DNA of 64,000 bases from Candidatus Sumerlaeaceae bacterium. GTDB lineage: Bacteria; Sumerlaeota; Sumerlaeia; Sumerlaeales; Sumerlaeaceae. The notes below the pieces were generated by a model, which saw nothing but the letters and a program-made list of their open reading frames with translations, was not told where the DNA came from and did not search any database. Shown here piece after piece: positions 1 through 9,000 of this stretch (position 1 is the first letter of the stretch; every line of letters starts with the position of its first letter). Position numbers and translations under genes: made by a program. Location: positions 32,001 through 96,000 of the forward strand of contig JBPCLP010000053.1 in NCBI GenBank assembly GCA_051003195.1. The letters run 5' to 3'.

Positions 1-212
1 ACAATACAGTAAGATTCTTCCAGTGAAGCACAGATGCAGTCGACTGGATCAAAGAGACTTTCCTTAGTTTATGGAGAAGTATTTGGCAAATTGAAGTAGT
101 GCTTGTCATGTCGTGTACATACGTGCCTGTGGCTCAAATATTACGCCCGTCTCTAATCGGGGATTTTCTTGCTGAAGTCCGGCATCGTTGAGCTGTCGCC
201 CGATTTTACGTA

Positions 213-385
213 ACGCCTTTTCAGGTCTTCGAGAACGGTTTTCCACGACTCCTCGCTCTCTCGAGAACCATTCACCGCGGCCAGCGATTGTTTGCGTCCG
301 CCGTGGCGCCCATGGCCAGGAAGCACAAGGCGTGCCGGATTTGCAAGCGCGCCTGGGATACAAAAAACCCAGGACCATGAACGGT
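213..385 (-). mobile_element. Degenerate IS256-family (Mutator) transposase fragment
   Basis: Two minus-strand frames read ARLQIRHALCFLAMGATAD then GRKQSLAAVNGSRESEESWKTVLEDLKRR, matching the IS256 core segment (GATxDGxKELxAxxDGxRESxxSWxxxLxDLKxRG); frameshifted, no full ORF or terminal repeats seen. Confidence 0.6.
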
Positions 386-466
386 TGACAGCCCGCGTCG
401 CCACGCATCCGTTTAACCCTTCATAAAAGATGTGCGCCGTAACTGGCGCGGGGGCTGAGATAAATT

Positions 467-1636
467 ATGACCAGTGTTGCGACAGCTTTCTCCAGTGCGA
501 ATGACAGCGCGACGGCAGGTGCTGAAATCGGGAAGCAACTATTGGATTCGCTGGAAAACCAAACTCCCGACGCCGTGATCGTGTTTGCGTCGTCGCGCTA
601 TGAGTATTCTCCATTGATTGAAGGCATAATGAAGCAGTGCAATCCCGGCGTGCTGGTGGGTTGTAGTTCGGCGGGCGAGTTCGTGACGGACGCACGGGCT
701 GAAGGCGCCGTTTCGGCGATGGGAATCAAGTCGAACCAGATGGCCTTCCGGGCCGGCCTCGCGCGTAATCTGCGCGAGAACACGCAATCGGCGGCGCTGC
801 AGCTTGTGGGACAGTTCGGGGGCTTGAAGGAACCGCAGTTCGGCTATCGTAGCGCACTGCTGCTTACCGATGCGCTTGCCGGCCAGACAGAGGAATTGAT
901 TACGGAACTCACCGCGCTTACTGGCGGCGCTTACGCTTTTTTTGGCGGCGGCGCTGGCGATGATGCGCACTTCAGCCGCACGGTGGTTTTTTCCGGGAAC
1001 GAAGTGGCTACTGATGCGGTGGCGGGCCTCGAAATTCTTTCAAAAAAGCCCTTGGGAATTGGCGTGAGCCACGGCTGGGAACCTGCCACCAGCCACATGC
1101 GGGTAACGGAATCGCAGGGCATGCGTCTGATTAGTCTCAACTCCATTCCCGCCGCGGAAGTCTTTGAAGAGCACGCGAAAGAAACCGGCCAGAACTTTGA
1201 CCGGGCAGACCCTGTTCCGTTCTTCCTGCATAATGTATTGGGCATCGCTACGCCGGATGGCTACAAGTTGCGTGTGCCGCTGTCGGTAAACGAGGACGGA
1301 TCGATCCTTTGCGCGTCGGATGTTCCCGAAGGAAGCCAGATCGCAATCATGAAAACCGGTACGGAATCGGCAGCGGAAGCAGCCCGGCGCGCCGCCGAAG
1401 CGGCATTGGAACAAACGAATCATCAACCGGTGAGGGCGGCCATTTTTTTTGATTGCGTCGCCACGAGGCTACGGCTGGGGCAGGCATTTCAAAGCGAACT
1501 GGACAGCCTGCGGCAAACATTGGGCACCGACACCATGTACGTTGGCTGCAACAGCTACGGACAGATTGCCCGCGTGGATAACCAGTTCTGCGGTTTTCAT
1601 AATTGCACCGCAGTGGTTTGTGTCTTACCCGAATAG
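467..1636 (+). CDS. FIST N/FIST C domain sensory protein (NosP-like)
   Basis: 389 aa; GCSSAGEF, FGGGAGDD, GVSHGW, FDCVATR, GCNSYGQI and GFHNCT motifs typical of FIST proteins. Confidence 0.85.
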   Translation: MTSVATAFSSANDSATAGAEIGKQLLDSLENQTPDAVIVFASSRYEYSPLIEGIMKQCNPGVLVGCSSAGEFVTDARAEGAVSAMGIKSNQMAFRAGLARNLRENTQSAALQLVGQFGGLKEPQFGYRSALLLTDALAGQTEELITELTALTGGAYAFFGGGAGDDAHFSRTVVFSGNEVATDAVAGLEILSKKPLGIGVSHGWEPATSHMRVTESQGMRLISLNSIPAAEVFEEHAKETGQNFDRADPVPFFLHNVLGIATPDGYKLRVPLSVNEDGSILCASDVPEGSQIAIMKTGTESAAEAARRAAEAALEQTNHQPVRAAIFFDCVATRLRLGQAFQSELDSLRQTLGTDTMYVGCNSYGQIARVDNQFCGFHNCTAVVCVLPE

Positions 1637-1637
1637 C

Positions 1638-2981
1638 ATGTCCTTCTGCGAAGAGCTCGTGCCTCTGTTGCGCCGACTGCTGACTGAAGAGGTGATTGAT
1701 TCGGCCGAGCAGGAAATTGCATCGGCCTTCGGTGCTGAACACTTGCTTATCTTTGTGAGGGACCCTGTGATTGGAATTTCTCTTCCAGCGCCGGGGTTCC
1801 CGCGAACGCTGCCCGGGGCGCTGGAATGGCGCGACTTTTTAAACGAACTGAAAGTTGGCGTTGGTTTAGAGCGGCAACTTATCTCGCCGTGGAGCAAGGT
1901 GCGTGAACCATGCGTTGCGTGCAGTTCGCCGGACGGTACTGCCGCGGCGCTGATTGGCGGAACCCCATCGTGTGAGTCCCTGGGCGACCTGATGACGTTA
2001 CTGCCTCTCGTTGGGCGGGGGCTGCAGCTGAAGCTTGAGCTGGGTATAGCAACCGCGCAATTTCAGGAAAGCCGGGTCGCCATCCAGCGGGCGGGAGTGC
2101 TGGCGCAATCGCTCGATGCGTTGCGGCGAGAACTGCAGGAGGCACTAAACAGCGCATTGGCCGAACGGGCGCGCGCGGAAGATGCAGTGGCGGAGACCCG
2201 GCGCATGAATGAAGAGCTTCAATCCGCGCGGGACGTGGCGATTGAGGCAAGCCGCGCCAAATCCGCCTTTCTTGCGAACATGAGCCACGAGCTTCGGACG
2301 CCGCTGAACGCCATTATCGGCTATGCTGAAATGATCCAGGACGAAAGCGCCGCGGGAGATTTTGAAAGGCTTTTGGGAGACGTGACTAATATTCGCAGTT
2401 CGGGCCGGCATCTCCTGGGCCTCATCAGCAATATTCTGGATCTGTCCAAAATCGAAGCAGGAAAGATGGACCTGGACCTGTGCTCTTTTTTCGCAAAGGA
2501 TTTGATCGAAGAAGTCGCGAACCTTATTGAACCCATGGCACGAAGCCGAAATAATTCCGTGGCAATTGAAGCGCCGCGTCCGGAATTGAAGATTTATTCC
2601 GACCGCATAAAGCTGCGCCAGATACTCGTGAACCTGGCAAGCAACGCGGTTAAGTTCACCACCAATGGACAGGTGACCATCGCCGTGCGCGAGCAGCACG
2701 ATATTGCGCCTGACTGCGTAACGTTTTCGGTAACCGACACTGGCGTGGGTATAGAAAAGGACCAGCTTTCCCGGCTGTTTAATGATTTCAGTCAACTGGA
2801 CAGCGCCCGCCAGGATCACCAATCGGGCACCGGTCTCGGCCTTGCAATCAGCCAGCGGTTAAGCGAAATGCTGGGAGGCGCGATCACCGTAAAATCTGAA
2901 CCGGGCCGCGGCTCTATGTTTTCACTAACTTTGCGAGGAGACGAGGTTGGCGTGCTTAGCGCTATGCACGAATACGATTAG
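1638..2981 (+). CDS. Cytoplasmic sensor histidine kinase (HisKA + HATPase_c)
   Basis: ATG 1 nt after the FIST stop; MSHELRTPLNAIIGY H-box, NLASNAVKFT, DTGVGI, GTGLGLAIS. Confidence 0.9.
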   Translation: MSFCEELVPLLRRLLTEEVIDSAEQEIASAFGAEHLLIFVRDPVIGISLPAPGFPRTLPGALEWRDFLNELKVGVGLERQLISPWSKVREPCVACSSPDGTAAALIGGTPSCESLGDLMTLLPLVGRGLQLKLELGIATAQFQESRVAIQRAGVLAQSLDALRRELQEALNSALAERARAEDAVAETRRMNEELQSARDVAIEASRAKSAFLANMSHELRTPLNAIIGYAEMIQDESAAGDFERLLGDVTNIRSSGRHLLGLISNILDLSKIEAGKMDLDLCSFFAKDLIEEVANLIEPMARSRNNSVAIEAPRPELKIYSDRIKLRQILVNLASNAVKFTTNGQVTIAVREQHDIAPDCVTFSVTDTGVGIEKDQLSRLFNDFSQLDSARQDHQSGTGLGLAISQRLSEMLGGAITVKSEPGRGSMFSLTLRGDEVGVLSAMHEYD

Positions 2982-3040
2982 CGTCGCCCGGGCTTGGTCT
3001 GTCCGGGATCACGCATATTCTCAGCCTGTAGTAAAGCAGT

Positions 3041-3138
3041 AATTTTTATCCACGAATCACACGAATATCAGGAATGATGCGATGGGTTGGAGGGTGCGGG
3101 CGTGACTGCGTTTGAGGCTTTCAAGTTTTTCAAGTTTG
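3041..3138. repeat. Interspersed repeat family A, copy 1
   Basis: TTATCCACGAATCACACGAAT...GAGGCTTTCAAGTTTTTCAAGTTTG; colinear similar copy at 39342-39460. Confidence 0.7.
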
Positions 3139-3246
3139 GGAGTTCACCAGTGCGCGCCCAAGGCGGAGGGATGTGGCTAAGGGCTTATTTTTATTGCGGT
3201 TCGTCGCATAGTGAGAAACTAGTGCACATTATAAAGGAGTCATCAA

Positions 3247-3858
3247 ATGAAGTCATTCGGTACATTTCTGCTCGTTTCAAGCGCACTGCTGTTCACTGGA
3301 TCAGCCTCAGCGTTCGATGGGTTTTTCGTGACGGAGAAACTGAAAGAAAAAATAGTTTGTGATCCGACCTGCACCGAAAATCAGAGAGGCAAATTCCAGG
3401 GTTTTGCGACATTTGGCCTCAGTGACTCTTTCATACTGTCGCTGGATGAGCAAAGCTCGCTCACAGTTCAGATAGGCGACTTCAATTTTTCGGCTCCACT
3501 CGGGGACGATCCTAATTACCAGGCCGGCGACACAAGCGTTCAGCTTCGAAACGTGGTGCTGATTTCAAATGGGTCACTTGTTGTGCTGACGGTAAAGGCC
3601 AGCTGGAGTGATGGCAACTTCAGGCTGCGCATAAAAGGCATTACGCCTTATACGGCAAGTCCGGTAGCCGCCTCACTGATTGGGACGTCAACCGGAATTA
3701 AGAACGTAGATGTGCCGATGGCAGTGACGCTGAACTTTGCGGGTATATCCAGCGTTAGCGCTCCGTGGTCAGGTGTGCTGACAAGGAAAACGGTAAACGT
3801 GAACAGCGTGGATTACGAGCTGGATAAGATCAGCCTGGCCGGAGTGCTGACCTTCTAA
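3247..3858 (+). CDS. Secreted hypothetical protein, beta-rich
   Basis: 203 aa; AAGGAG RBS; signal peptide ending in ASA. Confidence 0.7.
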   Translation: MKSFGTFLLVSSALLFTGSASAFDGFFVTEKLKEKIVCDPTCTENQRGKFQGFATFGLSDSFILSLDEQSSLTVQIGDFNFSAPLGDDPNYQAGDTSVQLRNVVLISNGSLVVLTVKASWSDGNFRLRIKGITPYTASPVAASLIGTSTGIKNVDVPMAVTLNFAGISSVSAPWSGVLTRKTVNVNSVDYELDKISLAGVLTF

Positions 3859-4243
3859 AAACTTGGAGATTTGAGATCGGCGGCCTCCCAATGGCACTAA
3901 AGCTGACCTCTTTACGACGGCGGAAGTATAGCGGCTTCGAACATTCTCTCTTCGAATTAAAGAGTCGAATTAAGGGGTTGGCTCGCGATCACGAAGAATA
4001 CGCTGGCCCCATGATGGCTCCGATGGCTGATGTGGCAGGGCTCACCCGTCGCGACAACTCTTGCAAATCACCGCATGCAAAACCGTCCACAATCTCATCG
4101 TGCAGTATGCAAAAAGAAAATTTACACGTCCGCAATTTTCAAGGCGAAACAGCCAATATATGCGCACAAATTTGATTCCGCCATCTGCATTGTTTCCGTC
4201 ACGGCTCAGCGCTTAGGCAGGATTGGGCCTGTTTCTTACCTGG

Positions 4244-7200
4244 TTATTCGATTCTGAAACTACTAAAGGTCACCGGCAGTGTGGACGGTGTGCTTGAAGT
4301 GTCGGCGATGTATTCCAGCGACAGCGGGTTGAGTGAATTACTATCGAAGCCTTTGCTGCTGGCGCTGGTGACGTGGGTGATCCTGAGTGTGTCGGCGCCG
4401 GTTGTGTTTGCGCTCGTTTGTACCACGACGAAGTACGTCTTCGATGCAGTGCCCGCGATTAGTGTATCGGCGTTCGACGGCAGCGGGATCGAGAGGCGTC
4501 CCTGCCAGTCGAGGTCCAGGGTGGTGTAGCGCACAAGCTGCGTGTCGCTCCCGGACTCAAAGACGCCCGAGCCGGTGTCACGCCAGATCGACAGCCCGGA
4601 GACCAGGTAGTTCGCCTGCGTCGAGGTCAGCGTCGTGCCCGAGCTGTTGGCGAAGCCAAGGTGCAGGCTGGAGAGATACTCTGCCGAATCGGTGGCCGTT
4701 CCGTTGTGTGTGTCTATAATCTTCAACAGGCTCGTCGTTGTACCGGGTGCAATGCCGGAGGGCGCAACACTCGTCGTCGCCAGCTTGAACTGGCCGCCGA
4801 TGTTCTTCAGCACCGAGAGGTCGTTCGAACTAAAGTTCGTCGCAGCGAGGTCCGCCATGCCGTCGCTGTTAAAGTTGCCCACGGCAACCGAGGCAGGGCC
4901 TGCCCCCACGGCAAAGTTGGTGGCGGGGCCGAAGCTGCCCGCGCCATTGCCCAGCAACATCGAGACGTTATTCGAGTTAACATTCGCCGTGGCGAGGTCG
5001 GCCTTGCCGTCGCCGTCAAAGTCGCCTACGGCGACGGAGTAGGGATTTGCTCCAACGGCGAAATTTGTGACGGCGCCGAAGCTGCCCGCACCGTTGCCCA
5101 GCAGCACCGAGACATTGTTTGAGTTAAGGTTCGCCGCAACGAGGTCGGCCTTGCCGTCGCCGTTAAAGTCGCCCAAAGCGACCGAGTAGGGGCTTGACCC
5201 GACGGTGAAGTTGGTGGCGGCGCCGAAACTGCCCGCGCCGTTGCCCAGCAGCACCGAGACGTTGTTCGAGTTAAAGTTCGCCGTGGCGAGGTCTGCCCTG
5301 CCATCACCATTAAAGTCGTTCACAGCGACTGAGAGTGGGGTTGTACCGACGGCAAAGTTGGTGGCGGCGCCAAAACTGCCCGCACCGTTGCCCAGCAGCA
5401 CCGAGACGTTGTCCGAGTTAAGGTTCGCCGTGGCGAGATCGGCCTTGCCGTCGCCGTTAAAGTCGCTCACGGCCACTGAGTAGGGGCCTGTCCCGACGGT
5501 GAAGTTGGTGGCCACGCCAAAGCTGCCCGCGCCGTCGCCCAGCCGCACCGAGACGTCGTTGGAGTTACGGTTCGCCGTGGCGAGATCGGCCTTGCCGTCG
5601 CCGTTAAAGTCGTTCACGGCCACCGAGTAGGGGCCTGACCCGACGGTGAAGTTGGTGGGCGCGCCAAAACTGCCCGAGCCATTGCCGAGCCGCACCGAGA
5701 CATTATTTGAGCTTTCGTTCGCCGTGGCGACGTCGGCCTTGCCGTCGCCGTTGAAATCGCCAACCGTCACCGAACGCGGGTTCGTTCCAACCGCGAAGTT
5801 CACCGCCGTATCAAACTTCGCGCTACGGTGGATCTCCTTGTTCAGCAGCACCGAGACGCAGTTCGCATTAAGATTTCCCGTCGCGAGGTCCGGGGCACCA
5901 TCCCCGTTCAAGTCGGCTGCGACCATGCCATAGGCGACGGTTCCGGCTGCCACGTTTGTAGCAGTTTGGAACGTGCCGTCTGCTTTTCCGCCGAGCAGTG
6001 AAACGGAATTCGAGCCGGCGTTAGCCACGGCCAGGTCCAGGTTTCCGTCTCCATTATAGTCCACTGCAGAGAGGGCCTCGGGGCTGCTTTGCACGGCATA
6101 GTTCACGGCAGTAGACAGAGCACCGGTGCCAGTCCCGAGCAGCACAGAGATATTGTCGCTCTGTTCGTTTGTGACGGCGAGGTCAAGTTTGCCATCATGG
6201 TTAAAGTCGCCAACGGCGCTTGGAAATGGGCCGGAGCCGACGGCGTAGGGGCTTCCCGGGGCCGCCGAGAACGACGCCGCGCCATTGCCCAGCAGCATAC
6301 TGACGTTGTTCGCTCCGCCATTACTGACTGCGATGTCTACCTTGCCGTCGCCGTTGAAATCTCCTGTGGAGAGTGCAGAGGCGCCGCCGATAACCGTGGC
6401 GAACGGACTGCCCGCGGCGGCGGAAAAGCCACCTGAGCCATTTCCGACCAGTACAGTTACGTCATTGCTGCCCGAATTGGCCGTCGCGAGGTCAGCCTTG
6501 CCGTCGCCGTTGAAATCTTTCGTCACGATACCCACCGGGCCGGTCCCGACAGAGAACGGGCTGCCCGCGGCCGCGGAGACACCGCCCGCCCCGTCACCCA
6601 GAAACACGCTGGTGGTGTCGGCAGCCTGGTTAGCCGTGGCAAAGTCAGGCTTTCCGTCACCATTAAAGTCGCCGACGACGACCGCGCGGGCGCGGCTGCC
6701 GATGGCAGTATTTGTCGCCGTGCCGTAGGTTCCGTCGCCGTTGCCCAGGTAAAGGGCGACACTGTTGGCATCGAAATTGGCGGTGACGATATCTATCTTG
6801 CCGTCGCGGTTGAAGTCACCCGCGGCAGCACCGATGGCGAAAGCACCGCTGTTGGTAAGAGTAGTCGTACTGGCGAAGGTAGGCGCGGTGGGAGTGAAGG
6901 TTTGAAGGAGGACGGAGACGTTGTTGGAGGTAGTATTTGCCGCGGCAAGGTCAGCTTTCCCGTCGCCGTTGAAATCGCCGGCCGTGACCGAAATCGGGCC
7001 CGTTCCCATCGCGAAGTTCGTCGCCGCGCCAAAACTCCCCGTGCCATTGCCCAGCAGCACCGAGACGTTGTTGGAGCTAAAGTTGGCCGCGGCAAGGTCA
7101 GCGATGCCATCGCCATTGAAATCGCCGACAGCGACCGAATATGGGCCCGTTCCAACCGCGAAGTTCGTCGCCGCGCCAAAACTGCCCGCCCCGTTGCTCA

Positions 7201-8155
7201 GCAGAACCGAGACATTGTTGGAGCTGGTGTTCGACGCGGCGAGGTCAGTCTTGCCGTCGCCGTTAAGATCGCCAGCCACAATCGAAATCGGGAACGTTCC
7301 AACCGCGAAGTTCGTCGCCGCGCCAAAACTGCCCGCGCCATCGCCCAGAAGAACTGAGACGTTGTTGGAGCAGACGTTTGCCACGGCAAGGTCGGCCGTG
7401 CCGTCGCCATTGAAATCGCCAGCCGTAAGTGACCTTGGACACGTTCCAACCGCGAAATTCGTCGCCGCGCCAAAACTCCCCGCGCCGTCGCCCAGCAGCA
7501 CCGAGACATTGTTGGAGCAATTGTTCGCCGCCGCCAAGTCAGCCTTGCCGTCACTGTTGAAATCGCCGACCACGACCGATTCCGGGCACGTTCCAACCGC
7601 GAAGTTCGTCGCCGCGCCAAAACTCCCCGCTCCGTTCCCCAGCAGAACCGAGACATTGTTGGAGCTGTTGTTCGACGCGGCGAGATCGGCGTTGCCGTCA
7701 CCATTGAAATCGCCGACCGTGACTGACTTCGGATTCGATCCCACCGCGAAGTTCGTCGCCGCTCCAAAACTGCCTGCGCCGTTGCCCAGCAGCACCGAGA
7801 CGTTGTTGGAACTACTGTTCGTCGCGGCGAGGTCGGCGATGCCGTCGCCGTTGAAATCGCCAACCGTGACCGACCGAGGGTTCGTTCCCACCGCGAAGTT
7901 CGTCGCCGGGGCGAAGTTCACGCTCGCCGCGCCGGCGGAGTCAGCTAATAGAGCGAGAGAGAGACCGACAGACAGAGAGAAGCAAGAATGGAGTCGCGCG
8001 GGGAGCGACGTGCCTGCCCCGCCAGGCGGCGGCATTGCTGCGGCATTGCCTGCGGCCCCGGCATTTTGCCGGCATTGCCCGCGAGTAGCACTCCGAGCAG
8101 CGCTGAGCGCCTTAGGGCGCGAGGCGCCGGTAAACCATCCTGATAAACGCGGCAT
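4244..8155 (-). CDS. Secreted FG-GAP/VCBS repeat protein, 21 repeats (three predicted 7-bladed beta-propellers)
   Basis: 1303 aa; 21 DxNGDGxxDL repeats of about 49 aa in three blocks of 7; hydrophobic signal-like segment before ASVNF; true start uncertain. Confidence 0.9.
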   Translation of the reverse strand: MPRLSGWFTGASRPKALSAARSATRGQCRQNAGAAGNAAAMPPPGGAGTSLPARLHSCFSLSVGLSLALLADSAGAASVNFAPATNFAVGTNPRSVTVGDFNGDGIADLAATNSSSNNVSVLLGNGAGSFGAATNFAVGSNPKSVTVGDFNGDGNADLAASNNSSNNVSVLLGNGAGSFGAATNFAVGTCPESVVVGDFNSDGKADLAAANNCSNNVSVLLGDGAGSFGAATNFAVGTCPRSLTAGDFNGDGTADLAVANVCSNNVSVLLGDGAGSFGAATNFAVGTFPISIVAGDLNGDGKTDLAASNTSSNNVSVLLSNGAGSFGAATNFAVGTGPYSVAVGDFNGDGIADLAAANFSSNNVSVLLGNGTGSFGAATNFAMGTGPISVTAGDFNGDGKADLAAANTTSNNVSVLLQTFTPTAPTFASTTTLTNSGAFAIGAAAGDFNRDGKIDIVTANFDANSVALYLGNGDGTYGTATNTAIGSRARAVVVGDFNGDGKPDFATANQAADTTSVFLGDGAGGVSAAAGSPFSVGTGPVGIVTKDFNGDGKADLATANSGSNDVTVLVGNGSGGFSAAAGSPFATVIGGASALSTGDFNGDGKVDIAVSNGGANNVSMLLGNGAASFSAAPGSPYAVGSGPFPSAVGDFNHDGKLDLAVTNEQSDNISVLLGTGTGALSTAVNYAVQSSPEALSAVDYNGDGNLDLAVANAGSNSVSLLGGKADGTFQTATNVAAGTVAYGMVAADLNGDGAPDLATGNLNANCVSVLLNKEIHRSAKFDTAVNFAVGTNPRSVTVGDFNGDGKADVATANESSNNVSVRLGNGSGSFGAPTNFTVGSGPYSVAVNDFNGDGKADLATANRNSNDVSVRLGDGAGSFGVATNFTVGTGPYSVAVSDFNGDGKADLATANLNSDNVSVLLGNGAGSFGAATNFAVGTTPLSVAVNDFNGDGRADLATANFNSNNVSVLLGNGAGSFGAATNFTVGSSPYSVALGDFNGDGKADLVAANLNSNNVSVLLGNGAGSFGAVTNFAVGANPYSVAVGDFDGDGKADLATANVNSNNVSMLLGNGAGSFGPATNFAVGAGPASVAVGNFNSDGMADLAATNFSSNDLSVLKNIGGQFKLATTSVAPSGIAPGTTTSLLKIIDTHNGTATDSAEYLSSLHLGFANSSGTTLTSTQANYLVSGLSIWRDTGSGVFESGSDTQLVRYTTLDLDWQGRLSIPLPSNADTLIAGTASKTYFVVVQTSANTTGADTLRITHVTSASSKGFDSNSLNPLSLEYIADTSSTPSTLPVTFSSFRIE

Positions 8156-8446
8156 GGGACTGTGTCCTTAATTCGTGAGTTTGACGCTGCATGTCGGCCC
8201 GGCGGCCCCTGCGCTTAGTCTCGAACACACCACACCGGCGATGGCTCCCAATCTCTCCTATATGAACCGGCCAACCGCCCCCACGTCAAGCCCTATGGTT
8301 GCCATTGAAATTCTGTGACGGTTGACGTTCACCCCGATTTCAAAAATGAGCCTTCCCGCGACCGCACTTCAACCTCCTCCACGGGCAGCCGCTCCCACGT
8401 GCGATCATCCTCTTCCCAGCCGCCTTCAAACTCCTTTATCGCAGGT

Positions 8447-8665
8447 TTAGCTCAGCAGCACATTGGCGATTTCGGTTAAATCTTTCACGGTGGCGTCGGG
8501 CAGATAGTTATGATCGTCTATCGGCAGGTTGTAACGGTTCACATAGATGGCGCGATAGCCGCATGCGCGTGCACCAATGGCATCGAACGTGTGCGCGCTG
8601 ACCACCAGCATCTCTTGCGGCTCGAAGCCAGGCTGCATGGCAGCAGCGCGGTAGACAGCCTTGCG
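8447..8665 (-). pseudogene. 3' fragment of a HAD hydrolase (haloacid dehalogenase type II-like)
   Basis: AVYRAAA..EMLVVSAHTFDAIGARACGYRAIYVNR..PDATVKDL matches the HAD C-terminus; no room for the N-terminal two-thirds before tRNA-Gly. Confidence 0.65.
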
Positions 8666-8733
8666 GAGACCGGCGGCGCTGGTAGTATCGGGGTGAATGA
8701 CAAAAGCCAGAACCTGTAGAAACCCCTCGGTAC

Positions 8734-8808
8734 GCGGGAGTAGCTCAGTGGTAGAGCACTAGCCTTCCAAGCTTGTGGCCGCGGGTTCGAGCCCCGTCTC
8801 CCGCTCCA
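8734..8808 (+). tRNA. tRNA-Gly(TCC)
   Basis: GCGGGAG/CTCCCGC acceptor stem, CTTCCAA anticodon loop, GGTTCGAG T-arm, encoded CCA. Confidence 0.95.
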
Positions 8809-9000
8809 GCATTATCAAGGGTTGCGAGGTTTTTGCGACTCGGCCAAAAAACAACGTTCACAGAACGTGAACGAAACCGCGGCGGATTCGCGAGCGATGG
8901 GTTTGAGTTTGTCCTGGCAGCCCACCGCACAACTCACGGTTGTTGTTGCCGTGACATTTCTGCATCGCGTTAGTGGCGGACATAAATCCTGGAGTCATGG

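Noticed and set aside
1449..1637. N-terminal extension of the kinase overlapping the FIST gene
   Set aside because: ATG at 1638 directly after the FIST stop is the more plausible start
3860..4243. Small ORFs between the secreted protein and the FG-GAP gene
   Set aside because: No motifs or coding-like composition; cannot support a call
4800..7925. FG-GAP repeats as a CRISPR array or DGR template/variable repeats
   Set aside because: They are in-frame 147-bp coding units with no unique spacers; no cas or reverse transcriptase gene is visible in the window
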